From contig SHZD01000003.1 in assembly GCA_009692465.1 (NCBI GenBank), positions 15,121-79,120 on the forward strand: a DNA stretch of 64,000 nucleotides, in the 5' to 3' direction. The notes under the pieces were generated by a model. The model did no database searches. It worked only from the letters and a program-made list of their open reading frames with translations, and was not told the origin of the DNA. The stretch comes from Myxococcales bacterium. Lineage in GTDB: Bacteria > Myxococcota_A > UBA9042. This document shows positions 1 through 9,617 of this stretch, piece after piece. The position numbers and the translations under genes were made by a program. Each line of letters begins with the position of its first letter. Within the stretch, counting starts at the first letter, position 1.

Positions 1-101
1 GCGCGCCGCCAGCAGGCGGGCAATCGCGGACACGCCAATACCGCCGACGCCGATCAGGTGCCAGACCGCTGAGGAATCTAAGAGTTGCGCTGAATTCGCC
101 A
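1..101 (-). CDS. Mur ligase family protein, N-terminal fragment (MurC/Mpl-like). The gene continues beyond the window start.
   Basis: Minus-strand translation from an ATG at 99-101 gives MANSAQLLDSSAVWHLIGVGGIGVSAIARLLAAR, which matches the GIGG(I/A)GMS nucleotide-binding N-terminus of MurC/Mpl. Only ~33 aa are visible. Confidence 0.35.
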
Positions 102-108
102 TCTTTGC

Positions 109-1047
109 CTACACGTCAAAATCGGCTGGATCATCGGCCAACGACGGCAACGCTGCCGCGGGCAAACCCTGCAAGCGCCGCTGAACGTACGTCGGCAAAG
201 CGAAAGCCGCGGCGATAAACGGCCCGTTGGCGTAGCGCAAGTCGGGCTCCAATTGGCGCACGCGGGCACCTTGAGGCTCAATCGAAGTGGCCAAGTCGAT
301 GGTTTGACTCGCTGCTGTATAGGCCCACACTCCGCCCGGATAGGCGGTCACTTGGCCTAAGTAAAGGCGAGTATTGGAAAAAATCTCAGACAGCGTGTGA
401 TACACCCCAGCGACGCGGTCAAGGTAAAACGTGGGCGAGTCGCTCTGGGGTACCAAAATACCGCCGTCGCCCAGCAATGTCGCGCAATGTCGGTAAAATT
501 TCTCCGTGAACAATTCCACAGCGGCATCGACGGGATCGGTCGAGTCGACCAAGATGACATCGAACTGCCCGCCAGCCGCCGCCGCCTGCTCGACGTAGGC
601 CAGCCCATCGCCGACGATGACTTGAGCCCGCGGATCGTCTAAAGCAACCGCACATTGGGGAAAATACTGCCGCGCACAGCGAATGACCTCGCCGTCGATG
701 TCGACAAGTACCGCAAGTTCGACCACCGGGTGACGCAGCACTTCGCGCAAAGTCCCACCGTCGCCGCCGCCAATGATCAACACCCGTTTGGGGGCGGGAT
801 GCGCGAGCAGGGCTGGATGGGCCAGCATTTCGTGGTAACCCGACTCGTCGCGGTCGGTCACGTTGGTAACCCCGCCCAGAGCCAACACAGTGCCCCAACC
901 TTGAGCCTCAAATACGTCGATGGACTGAAATGGCGTCTGCAGCCGTTCGTGGATGTGGGTGACGGTGAACGTCAGGTGGGTGTCCCTGAGCCACGGATCG
1001 AAATAGCGTGTTTTTCCATTGACTTGGACAAAAGACTCGGCGGGCAT
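109..1047 (-). CDS. speE: spermidine synthase (polyamine aminopropyltransferase)
   Basis: Full-length similarity to SpeE: the VLIIGGGDGG motif, DVILVDSTDP, and C-terminal tetramerisation region. I chose the internal Met (MPAESF) as the start. Confidence 0.8.
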   Translation of the reverse strand: MPAESFVQVNGKTRYFDPWLRDTHLTFTVTHIHERLQTPFQSIDVFEAQGWGTVLALGGVTNVTDRDESGYHEMLAHPALLAHPAPKRVLIIGGGDGGTLREVLRHPVVELAVLVDIDGEVIRCARQYFPQCAVALDDPRAQVIVGDGLAYVEQAAAAGGQFDVILVDSTDPVDAAVELFTEKFYRHCATLLGDGGILVPQSDSPTFYLDRVAGVYHTLSEIFSNTRLYLGQVTAYPGGVWAYTAASQTIDLATSIEPQGARVRQLEPDLRYANGPFIAAAFALPTYVQRRLQGLPAAALPSLADDPADFDV

Positions 1048-1204
1048 GCACGTCCTAGATGACCGGCCGCTCCAAGGGCGCCGCGCGCGCGGTGTACCGA
1101 AATTTGCAGGATTGGGCAAGACCTCTGGCGCCGACGGCCGTGAAGGGTGAACCCAAGCTGGTCGTCAGCAATACTGGTCGGCGTCGACAATGAATCACTG
1201 TGAA

Positions 1205-1236
1205 ACCAAGATGTTGTTCAATGGGTGCCGCCCGAT
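1205..1236 (+). repeat. Family A dispersed motif (aagATGTTGTTCAATGGGTGCC..), copy 1
   Basis: Near-identical 28-35-bp motif seen eight times in the window. This copy is intergenic, upstream of speE. Confidence 0.7.
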
Positions 1237-1326
1237 CTAGCGCTCGATTCGCCCCAATTTCCGCCGGTCGCCCTAAGGCAGTTCGTTGAACCAAAATTGC
1301 AGACGGGCCGAAATAATCTGCATAAA

Positions 1327-1356
1327 TCTAGAATGTTGTTTGATGGGTGCCACCCC
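1327..1356 (+). repeat. Family A dispersed motif, copy 2 (ATGTTGTTTGATGGGTGCCACC)
   Basis: Sequence identity to the other copies. Intergenic. Confidence 0.65.
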
Positions 1357-1383
1357 ACATTTGACCCCACATTTGCGGCTTGG

Positions 1384-2064
1384 CTAGATCTTGAAGCTTC
1401 CCGACGCCGGGCCAAAGACCAGCAGTGGCAGGCTGGCAATCCCGTCCAGCACATAATCGGCGCCCATCCCGTGTGCGGCCTTGCTGCCATCGTGGTCGAC
1501 AAGCGCACAGCGGATACCGGCATTGCGCGCGGTGTTGCGATCAATTCGCGAATTGCCGACCAAAAGAGTGTTGTTGCGATCGCCGCCGCACCGGAGCATC
1601 AGTTCTTCGGCGCCAGCGGGGTCAGGCTTGCGCGGCACGTCGCCGTCGCCAGCCATCAAGAACAAAAACCACTTGTCGATGCCCATCTGCTGGACCAGCC
1701 GGTGCGACGCGGCCTGCGGTTTGTTGGTCAGAATGGCCAACTTGACCCCGCCGCGAACCAACTCCTCCAAGGCCTCGGCGATACCGGCAAACAACACGGC
1801 TTTGGCCCCCAGACGCATCTCGTACCGCTCGCGAAAGCCCGGCAATTGTGCCGATATCTCGAGGTCAGTCGGCACGTCGCCAGTGGCCAACAGCGCGGAT
1901 TTCAGCAAGGTGCGCAGGTGTTCGCCGGGCCATTCAGCCACGTGCGCACTGGTCAGCGCCGGTCGACCCAGCGCCGTGAGGTGGTCGTTGAGCGCGTCCG
2001 TCAGATCCTGCAAGGTATCGACGAGCGTGCCATTCAGATCCAAAATGACCACCGAAAACCGCAC
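1384..2064 (-). CDS. HAD-superfamily hydrolase (phosphoglycolate phosphatase-like)
   Basis: DLNGTL motif I at the N-terminus, a K at motif III, and a GD/NSRID motif IV region. 226 aa. Confidence 0.7.
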   Translation of the reverse strand: MRFSVVILDLNGTLVDTLQDLTDALNDHLTALGRPALTSAHVAEWPGEHLRTLLKSALLATGDVPTDLEISAQLPGFRERYEMRLGAKAVLFAGIAEALEELVRGGVKLAILTNKPQAASHRLVQQMGIDKWFLFLMAGDGDVPRKPDPAGAEELMLRCGGDRNNTLLVGNSRIDRNTARNAGIRCALVDHDGSKAAHGMGADYVLDGIASLPLLVFGPASGSFKI

Positions 2065-2223
2065 TTCTGGCTCCCTTGCGACCGCGGCCGCGGCCGCGGC
2101 CGTCTCAAGTGTTGCTCAAGGTCGCGCAATTGCCAAGTCCGGCTGCGCGCGTTACCGTGCGCTGGCTGTCCGTGCCGTTAGTGCCACGGTCAATTGGACC
2201 CGCGCCGGAGTCAACCCGTCTAA

Positions 2224-3108
2224 ATGAGCCGCATCTCGCTATTCAGCGCTCCGCTCGTGGGCCTCGCCGTCGCAGTCATCGCCACCGTCGGCACGGCGAT
2301 GGCGTTCTCGGGGCGGGCCGCCGAACCTACGCGCATCGAAGCGAGCGACGACGGCAAGACCGTCAGCGTGCCGGGCGAAACCGCACCCAAGGTGCGGACC
2401 AAGTTGCCGCTGCCGACAGTCCGCCGAACGGCCGCGGACAAGCCGCTAATTCAGCCCAAAGTGAGTGCGCCAGTCGTGGATGCACCCGCGATTTCCGCTC
2501 CAGAGCAAGTGCGGTCGGCATTCGAGGTGTTCGCAGGCTACACCTACTTGCCGGTCGGCGTGTTGCGCGCCATTCAGACCGCGGCCGACCCAGGCAAGGC
2601 CCAACGCGATCAGCACCCGCAGATGCAAGGAACGGCGATCGAAGTCGGCTATCGGTGGGGGCTGTCGCCGCAAAGTTGGCTGGTAGTGCGCGCGGGCATC
2701 GTGGCACCCAACGTGCCGGATCAAAATTGGTGGGCGACTAGCGGAAAGCCGGCCCCGCTGTACACCGAAATTAACCTCGTCGGCATTGAATTGATGGCCG
2801 ACTACTTGCGGCGTCTAGCCATCACCGATTTCTTGGGTGTGTACGCCCGCGGCGGAATTGGCCTGCAAATTCTGGGTGGCAGCGCCACTCAAACTGAGAC
2901 GTTGCCCAACTGCCCAGCCGCTAAAGCTGCAAGTTGTGCGACCTGGCAACATGTAGGCAAGACTGAGGTATCGCTGCCGCCGGTGTTGCCCGCTTTGCGA
3001 GCCAGCGTGGGCGTCGACCTCAAGGTCAATAGCGAACTGAGGTTGGCCTTGGAAGGCGGCCTGCGCGCCGCTCCGTATCTGGGTGGCGGCGTGGTGTATG
3101 CGTTCTAG
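2224..3108 (+). CDS. hypothetical secreted protein, probable outer membrane beta-barrel
   Basis: N-terminal signal peptide (LVGLAVAVIATVGTAMA). The C-terminal amphipathic strands end in ..GGGVVYAF with a terminal Phe. Confidence 0.4.
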   Translation: MSRISLFSAPLVGLAVAVIATVGTAMAFSGRAAEPTRIEASDDGKTVSVPGETAPKVRTKLPLPTVRRTAADKPLIQPKVSAPVVDAPAISAPEQVRSAFEVFAGYTYLPVGVLRAIQTAADPGKAQRDQHPQMQGTAIEVGYRWGLSPQSWLVVRAGIVAPNVPDQNWWATSGKPAPLYTEINLVGIELMADYLRRLAITDFLGVYARGGIGLQILGGSATQTETLPNCPAAKAASCATWQHVGKTEVSLPPVLPALRASVGVDLKVNSELRLALEGGLRAAPYLGGGVVYAF

Positions 3109-3139
3109 AGATTGAACCGATCAACGGTCATCCGACAAA

Positions 3140-3262
3140 GATTGCGCAACGGAAATGGGGCGGCGAGACGCCAACCCGCCGACATTTGAACAAGTGGCGA
3201 TCGCCCTCGACCGACGAAACAAGCCGTGAGACGCCGAGCAAATTCGATTTGATCGGCTAACT
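3140..3262 (-). repeat. Family D dispersed repeat (ggagcggcgagacgcc...cgacgaaacaagc...gagacgccgagcaaat)
   Basis: Shares ~80% blocks with 24745-24870, 48781-48862 and 52685-52770. Lies between convergent genes. Confidence 0.55.
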
Positions 3263-6200
3263 ATGGGCAGACCTTTTCAAACGCGCACTTCTTGCCCACC
3301 GACCCGACTGGCGTGCACAGATCGGTGGTGCAGGCGTCGCCATCGTCGCAGGCATTCGTGCCACTGGCGCATTGCCCATTGTTGCACGAATCAGCCGCAG
3401 TACACGGATTGCCATCGGTGCAGCCACTGCCGTCGGCTTCCTTGCCCGCCGCCACACACGTACCGCCGACGCAGCCGTCGTCCACGCTACAAGGATTGCC
3501 GTCGCTGCACGGACTGCCCTCGGCTTTGGGGTTGCCTGCACACCCTTTGGCCTTGCAAATGTCGCCGGTGGTGCAACTTTGGCCGTCGTTGCACGGGCTG
3601 TTTTGCGGCAACTGGCTCGCCACGCATTGCCCGGAGCCCGGATCGCAGGCGTCAATGGTGCACGGTTGGCCATCATCGCAGACCTTGGCTAGGCCTAGGC
3701 ACTGCCCAGAAGCGCAGCCGTCTTGCAACGTACAGGGATTGCTGTCATCACACAGGGGTCCGCTGATGCCATTGACCTGACACAACCCCGACTTGAGGTC
3801 GCACACGTCCTCAGTGCAGGGGTTGTTGTCGTTGCACACTGAGCTGGATTTGCAAGAAACATCAAAGACTTGCACATCATCCACAAACGGCCCGCTGCCC
3901 ACACCCGCTGCTGGCTGGCAGGATGTCACATAGCGCAGACGCAACCGCAGCTTGAACCCTGCCCACGGGGTCAAATCGACATTGAGCACCTGCCAGCCAA
4001 TCGGCGGAGTGGGCTGCGCCAAAATGGTCCAGGCCGACAATCCATAAGGCTGCAAATCAACAAACAGTTTTTCGCCCAAGCCCGGCTGCCAAGTGCCGGC
4101 CAAGTTGATGCGCGCCTTGACCGGAGCACCAAACTTGAAAGCGGCCAGCGACAGCACTGGCGACAGCGCGCTGGTTTCGATTGAGGTAACACCTAAAGGA
4201 CATGCGGTATTTTCGCCATTGTTGCAGTTGAGTGTGCAATCGGGCGACAGCGGACCCGGCACATTGGGCGAGGCATCCATATGCCACGCTGGCGCGCCAT
4301 CGGCTTGCGGGCCGTCGCGCAGCCAATAGCTGTTGGCGGCTTGTCCACAGGTAAAAGTGGCCTCGTAGGGCAGTGCGAATTCTCCACAACCGTCGATCGT
4401 CTTGTGAAAACAGCCAACGACCGATTCGCACAAGTCAATGCTGCAAGCGTACCCATCGTCGCAGTTGCGCATAACCCCTAGGCAGGCGCCTTTTTGACAA
4501 GTGGTCTGCACAGTGCAGGCATCACCGTCGTCGCAACTACCTGTCAGCGGCTCAGGCGTGCACAGACCCGCCGCACACTTGGTCGGCTTGCACGGATCTT
4601 TGGGCTGGGCACAGAGAGCGTCCAACGTACAAGATGCGGGCTGGGCAATTTGCAGACGTAAGTCATCGACAAACCAACCAGCGGTCTCGTTGTCGAACTG
4701 GTCCACGGTCTCGTAGCGCAGTTTGACCACGATGCTCTTGCCAGCAAATTTGCTCAAGTTAACCCGAACTTTGCTCCACAGGCCGCGCCGCAAGTGATTG
4801 GGCAGCTGCACGGCTTCTTGGACAATGGTGCCGCCGACGTACAACACCTCGACGGTGCGCTTGTCTTTGATGTTGGACTTCTCGCCGTCGTGCCACGACC
4901 AAAATGTCAACTGGGCCGTCCCCTGCAAAGGCAGTGTCGTCTTGGGCAGCACAAAGCCGCCCTTAATCGGCACCCCGATGTCCACGTTGACGTTGTTGTT
5001 GAAATTAAGCGAGTAGGGCAGCGAATGCGGGGTCGGCGGATTGGGCAAGGCGTCGACTTGCCAACCGATCTTGCTGACCACAGGGTCGAGTTCCCAGTCT
5101 TTGGGGGCGGCGCCGGTATCGAAATTGCTAGCTGTGATGATTACGCAATTGTCCAGTTGAGGCCCATCGCAAACCCCGTCGCCACAGGCGGTTTTTTCGG
5201 TGCACGGATCGCCGTCATCGCAGGCGGTGCTGTTGGCCAGCGCAATGTAGCTGCAGGCGGACGGCCCATCGGCGGTGGCAAAGCAGGCATCGAGCGTACA
5301 CGCTTCAAAGTCGTCGCAAACATTGACCACCGAGGCCTTGCACAAGCTGTTGTCGCAGGCGCTGCTCGGGTTGCATGGATTGCCGTCGTCGCACGGGGTG
5401 CCATCGGCAATCATCTTGCCGCCTTGACACTTGCCCTTGAAACACGTTTGCGTTTGGGTACACGGGGCACTGGAACTGCACGGCGCGTTGTCGGCGACGA
5501 TGGTGGGTCCGCCGCATAGGCCCTTTTGGCAGCCATCGGGGCTGCTACAGGAGTTGCCGTCGTCACATTTGGCGCCGTCGACTTTGACCACGGCCGAGCA
5601 GCCGGCGACCGCGTCACAGCTGTCCAGTGTGCAGACGTTGCCGTCCTCGCACAACTTGGGTTTGGCCAAACAGTAGCCCTTCCAACACTGGTCGCCGACG
5701 GTGCATTCGTCGCCATCGGTGCAAGTGATCTGGTTGGGCGCGTAGACGCAACTGCCGCCTGCACAGGAGTCATCGGTGCACACGTCGCCGTCGTTGCAGG
5801 CGCCGGCTTGCGCACAAGCGGTGGGTTGGGCAGCGACAATTTGCAAATCGTCGACAAACCAGCCCTTTCCGGATTGAGCGATGCAGTTCAAGCCCGACCA
5901 CCGCAACCGCAATCGCACTTTTTTGTCGGCAATTTTGACCAAGCTGATCCGCACCCGTTGCCATGACTTGTCGCCAACCGCGTTGTCCTGCCATAACACG
6001 ATGGCAATGGTGGCGAAGTTGTCGCTGGACACTTCGATCAAGCGCAGGTTTTGGCTGGCCGCCGTGCCGACATCATGCCAGCTGTACAGCCACAAGGCCG
6101 GGTCCTTGAGCCCTTGCAGATCGATCACCGCACTGCTGGCACTGGCTTTGCCAGCAATTCCGCCGACGCAGGGCACCGACTTGCCGTCGTTGACGTTGAG

Positions 6201-9200
6201 CGAGCACCCACCACTGTGAAACCCGGGTGGACTCGGTGTCGCATCGACGCCGAAGGTGACCGTGCTCGATCCGGGTAGTGGAACCAATTCCCACGGCGCA
6301 CTGCAGTCAATGGCATCTTGCCACACCACCGAACAAGGCACGGTCGCGCCGACGCAATGGCCGGCGCTGCAATGGTCGCCGGCGGTGCAAGGGCTGCCGT
6401 CGTCACAGGCGGTGCCGCCGTTGACTTGCTCCCATTGGCAGGTGCCGCCTTGGACGCACTCGTCTTTGGTACACAGATTGCCATCGTCGCATTTGGGCCG
6501 GGTGGTACACTTGCCGTTGACGCAGAAGTCGCCGACCGTGCAGGCGTTGCCGTCCGGGCATGGATCGCCGTCGGGTCGCGGGGCGTTGACGCAGCCTTTA
6601 GCGGCAAGGCAAAAGTCCAGAGTGCAAATGTCGCCGTCATCACAAACGGTTAGGGTGGCGCCCGCGCAATCGCCGCCGGCAGTGCAAGCGTCTGCGGCCG
6701 TGCAGCCGTTGCCGTCCTCGCACTTGCCGAGCAGGGTCTGGTGACTGCACCAACCGCCACCGAGGCAGACTTCGGCGGTGCACGAGTTGCCGTCCTCGCA
6801 ATCGGGCGCAGTTTGACACTTCTTGGCGACACCTGCGTGTACAGCCAGATCGCTGACCAGCCAGCCCAATCCTTCCGTATCGGGACACGACGCGGAATCA
6901 AAAACCAACTGCAACTGCACGACCTTGCCCTGCCACGGCGTGAGATCGATGCGCAAGTGCCGCCAAACCCCGGGCTTTTCCCCGTCATTTGTCAGCCACA
7001 GGACTGTGGTCGTCGTCGTCTTGGTACTGGTTGTGTGGCTGATGTCGATCCAGCGCAGATTAACCTGATTGCTTTTCCCCACATCAGCGTAACTGCGGAG
7101 CTTGAGCACGGGCCGTTGCAGTCCGGTCAGGTCCAGCGTGCGCGTCGCGGTGCCCGACACCTTGGTCGTGTCAGCGCATTTGACCGAGGTGCCGTTGGTA
7201 AATCCCAGGGCGCAGCCGACGCCAACCGCCGCTGGCATCGTCACCATCCGCCACGCTGCCTCGGCGGTCGCCGGCACCGGCAAGTCCCAGCCACCGTTGT
7301 CGGTACACACCGTTGGCAGCGTTTGGGCGATGGCACACGGCGCCGCCATCCCCAGGCAACTGCTGTTGGCGGTACAAGCGTCCGCCTCCGTGCAGGCGTT
7401 GCTGTCGGTGCACGGGGTGGCAGAAATGACCTTGAGGTGCGAGCACGTCAGCCCAGCGCAGGAGTCCTGCGTGCATGGATTGCCGTCGTCACAAAAAAAG
7501 CGCGGGATGCACACGCCCAAGTGACAGACGCTGGCATCGGAGCAGGCGTCGCCGTCATCGCAGGCGACCGCCTCGTTGCTGATGGCGGCGGCGCATTTGC
7601 CTGAAGCCAAGTCGCACACGTCGTAGGTACACGGGTTCTTGTCGTCGCAGTTGACGCTGAGCGTGCCTGCGCACACTCCGCCGCTACACGAATCGCCACC
7701 AGTGCAGGCGTTGCTGTCGTCGCAGTCGCCGCTGAAATCGCTGCCGACGCACTCTCCGCCGGCGCATTTTTCGCCAATCGTGCAAGAATTGCCGTCATCA
7801 CAGGTGCCGAGCAGCGCGGCCTTGCCTTGGCAGGCCCCGTTCTTGCAGGCGTCTTGAATCGTGCAGGGGTTGCCGTCACTGCACACCGTCAGCGCATTGT
7901 TCTTGTGATTGCACAGTTTGCTGGATGGCACGCAACCGTCGTCGGTGCAAGCGTTGCCATCGTCACAATCGGTGGCTTTCTTGCAGTAGGTTCCTCCCAC
8001 TTCCACGTCGTCGACAAATGGACCTGTGAGATTGGCTGCTTTGGCGCAATCGGGGGCGACCATGTGCAACCGCAGGCGAAACAGAGCCGGCGCCGGCTGG
8101 GGCAGCTTGATTTCGACTTGCTGCCAGCCGCCGCCACTGGGTCCGCCGGCAAAACTGTGGACGGTCTGCCACAGCGTGTCGCCCTTGGCCAAGATGACCA
8201 CGGTGAGGACATCTTGAGTACGCCAAGTGCCGCCGAGCCAAAACCGCATGGATACCGCATGGTTGCTGCCTAACGCCGCCGTCGAGAACATCGGACTGGT
8301 TGCCGTCGCCTGCGCGCTATTGCCATCGGGCGCGCATTGCATCGAAGTGCCCAGGTTGAAGTTGAGCGAGCAGGCCGCAGATTTGTAACCAGCTATAAAT
8401 ACACCAAGTTTTGGTATCGCATCTAACGTCCACCGCGGCGCGCCAGGCACGGGTGGCGATAGCTCCCAGGCCGGCTTTTCGGCGCAGGCAAACGCTTGCT
8501 TGTGGGGTAGTTCAACGACGCAACCGAACAATTCGCTGTGGAAACAGCCGACCTTGGGGTCGCAGGTGTCGACCGTACAGGGATTGTCGTCATCGCAGGC
8601 TTCAATCGCATCGCTGTGTTCGCAGCCAGCGATGCCGCCACAGATGTCATTGCTGCACGGGTTGGCGTCGTCGCAGTTCGCGTTTTCATCGGTGGCGTTG
8701 TTGCAGTTGTCGTCGTAGCCATTGCAGACTTCTGGTTTAGGCTCAGCGCCTTGGCACGGAGCCAAGCCATCGGGGCCGCACACGCGCTTGCCGGTGCAAG
8801 TGCCAGCGCTATTTTGCAGGCTGCAGGCGCTGGCCAACTTGTGGGCAATCGCACGCGGCGAACAGGCGCAGACCCCATTTTGCGGAGCGCATTGTTTGCT
8901 CGAACTGCCCGCCGTGGTGGTCACGACTTCGCAGGCAAACCCAGTAGGACAATCAACTGAAGTCAGGCACTTGACGCCACAGCGACCGCCGCCGTCGCCG
9001 CCTTGAATACACGCGGCGCCGGCTGCCCCTGGCGCCTTGCAGTCGTTCTGGGTCGCACACGGATCGCACAACGTCAGCAGTGGATCGACGCACACGGTGC
9101 CGCCAGCCAGCAAGTCGCACACTTGCCCGGTGGCGCATTCCTTGCTGGAGGCGCACGGCGCCGCGCACACTTGGCTGCCGTCCCGCTTCTCGGCGCAAGC

Positions 9201-9617
9201 GATGGTACAGTCGCTGTGACTTTGGCATGGACAACCGGCGCTGCGGCAACTGGGGGCGCCGTCGGGCTTGGTCCCGCCATCGACCGCGGTGGTGACTGTG
9301 ACTTCGGTGGCCAACAGCGCATCGGCGTCGGCAGTGGCAGTGATGGTTGGTGGTGGTTGGGGTCCGGCAGAACAAGCGCTGACAAGGCCCAGACCGGCCA
9401 GCGCAACCCAAACGACCTGACTGAGGGCCCGTACAAGAATGACTCGATCGATCCGCGATTGGAGCGGAGCCTGCAGGCGGCTTGCAAAGCCGCGAGCTAG
9501 CGACCCACCAAGCAAGCAAGGCGCCGCGGGGCAAAATCGGCTTGATTTTGCACGGGCCCTAAGGCTCAAGCCGACCCCCCACATTGCGCAACGGACGCGG
9601 CGAGCGGTCGGCAGCAA
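3261..9617 (-). CDS. giant Cys-rich repeat lipoprotein (2118 aa). It has many C-x-D-G-N-x-C-T-x-D-x-C (CTDC-type) repeats alternating with about six ~170-aa beta-sandwich-like modules that end in GWFVDD.
   Basis: Uninterrupted 6.3-kb ORF. Lipobox LVSAC after a hydrophobic stretch. Tens of CDDGN(A/P/S)CT repeats. The N-terminal ~50 codons run through a MITE-B copy, so the true start is uncertain. Confidence 0.8.
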   Translation of the reverse strand: MLPTARRVRCAMWGVGLSLRARAKSSRFCPAAPCLLGGSLARGFASRLQAPLQSRIDRVILVRALSQVVWVALAGLGLVSACSAGPQPPPTITATADADALLATEVTVTTAVDGGTKPDGAPSCRSAGCPCQSHSDCTIACAEKRDGSQVCAAPCASSKECATGQVCDLLAGGTVCVDPLLTLCDPCATQNDCKAPGAAGAACIQGGDGGGRCGVKCLTSVDCPTGFACEVVTTTAGSSSKQCAPQNGVCACSPRAIAHKLASACSLQNSAGTCTGKRVCGPDGLAPCQGAEPKPEVCNGYDDNCNNATDENANCDDANPCSNDICGGIAGCEHSDAIEACDDDNPCTVDTCDPKVGCFHSELFGCVVELPHKQAFACAEKPAWELSPPVPGAPRWTLDAIPKLGVFIAGYKSAACSLNFNLGTSMQCAPDGNSAQATATSPMFSTAALGSNHAVSMRFWLGGTWRTQDVLTVVILAKGDTLWQTVHSFAGGPSGGGWQQVEIKLPQPAPALFRLRLHMVAPDCAKAANLTGPFVDDVEVGGTYCKKATDCDDGNACTDDGCVPSSKLCNHKNNALTVCSDGNPCTIQDACKNGACQGKAALLGTCDDGNSCTIGEKCAGGECVGSDFSGDCDDSNACTGGDSCSGGVCAGTLSVNCDDKNPCTYDVCDLASGKCAAAISNEAVACDDGDACSDASVCHLGVCIPRFFCDDGNPCTQDSCAGLTCSHLKVISATPCTDSNACTEADACTANSSCLGMAAPCAIAQTLPTVCTDNGGWDLPVPATAEAAWRMVTMPAAVGVGCALGFTNGTSVKCADTTKVSGTATRTLDLTGLQRPVLKLRSYADVGKSNQVNLRWIDISHTTSTKTTTTTVLWLTNDGEKPGVWRHLRIDLTPWQGKVVQLQLVFDSASCPDTEGLGWLVSDLAVHAGVAKKCQTAPDCEDGNSCTAEVCLGGGWCSHQTLLGKCEDGNGCTAADACTAGGDCAGATLTVCDDGDICTLDFCLAAKGCVNAPRPDGDPCPDGNACTVGDFCVNGKCTTRPKCDDGNLCTKDECVQGGTCQWEQVNGGTACDDGSPCTAGDHCSAGHCVGATVPCSVVWQDAIDCSAPWELVPLPGSSTVTFGVDATPSPPGFHSGGCSLNVNDGKSVPCVGGIAGKASASSAVIDLQGLKDPALWLYSWHDVGTAASQNLRLIEVSSDNFATIAIVLWQDNAVGDKSWQRVRISLVKIADKKVRLRLRWSGLNCIAQSGKGWFVDDLQIVAAQPTACAQAGACNDGDVCTDDSCAGGSCVYAPNQITCTDGDECTVGDQCWKGYCLAKPKLCEDGNVCTLDSCDAVAGCSAVVKVDGAKCDDGNSCSSPDGCQKGLCGGPTIVADNAPCSSSAPCTQTQTCFKGKCQGGKMIADGTPCDDGNPCNPSSACDNSLCKASVVNVCDDFEACTLDACFATADGPSACSYIALANSTACDDGDPCTEKTACGDGVCDGPQLDNCVIITASNFDTGAAPKDWELDPVVSKIGWQVDALPNPPTPHSLPYSLNFNNNVNVDIGVPIKGGFVLPKTTLPLQGTAQLTFWSWHDGEKSNIKDKRTVEVLYVGGTIVQEAVQLPNHLRRGLWSKVRVNLSKFAGKSIVVKLRYETVDQFDNETAGWFVDDLRLQIAQPASCTLDALCAQPKDPCKPTKCAAGLCTPEPLTGSCDDGDACTVQTTCQKGACLGVMRNCDDGYACSIDLCESVVGCFHKTIDGCGEFALPYEATFTCGQAANSYWLRDGPQADGAPAWHMDASPNVPGPLSPDCTLNCNNGENTACPLGVTSIETSALSPVLSLAAFKFGAPVKARINLAGTWQPGLGEKLFVDLQPYGLSAWTILAQPTPPIGWQVLNVDLTPWAGFKLRLRLRYVTSCQPAAGVGSGPFVDDVQVFDVSCKSSSVCNDNNPCTEDVCDLKSGLCQVNGISGPLCDDSNPCTLQDGCASGQCLGLAKVCDDGQPCTIDACDPGSGQCVASQLPQNSPCNDGQSCTTGDICKAKGCAGNPKAEGSPCSDGNPCSVDDGCVGGTCVAAGKEADGSGCTDGNPCTAADSCNNGQCASGTNACDDGDACTTDLCTPVGSVGKKCAFEKVCP
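9421..9565 (-). mobile_element. MITE Family B copy 1. TIR is TTAGGGCCCGTGCAA / TTGCACGGGCCCTAA with TA(A) flanks.
   Basis: ~145-bp element with 15-bp terminal inverted repeats and internal palindromes (CAAAATCnnnnGATTTTG; CGGCTTTGCAAGCCG). Four copies in the window. This one is at the 5' end of the giant lipoprotein gene. Confidence 0.75.

Noticed and set aside
1225-2181. 318-aa plus-strand ORF
   Set aside because: It lies entirely antisense to the well-supported HAD hydrolase gene (1384-2064) and has an Arg/Pro/Gly-rich composition typical of shadow ORFs in high-GC DNA.
3263-9500. Numerous 60-290-aa ORFs on the plus strand and in other minus-strand frames (for example 4794-5519, 6741-7604, 7827-8273, 8953-9534)
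   Set aside because: All are embedded in the 6.3-kb Cys-repeat gene. They have repetitive Ala/Arg/Gly-rich translations. These are shadow ORFs.
9421-9565. Treating the MITE-B open reading frame (..GGSLTRGFASRLDAPFLSRIDRVIL..) as a conserved protein-coding leader peptide
   Set aside because: A stop-free frame across ~48 codons at ~65% GC occurs by chance about one time in four, and the TIRs contain TAA in other frames. Only two of the four copies are fused in frame. I report the positional and orientation bias as the finding, not a peptide.
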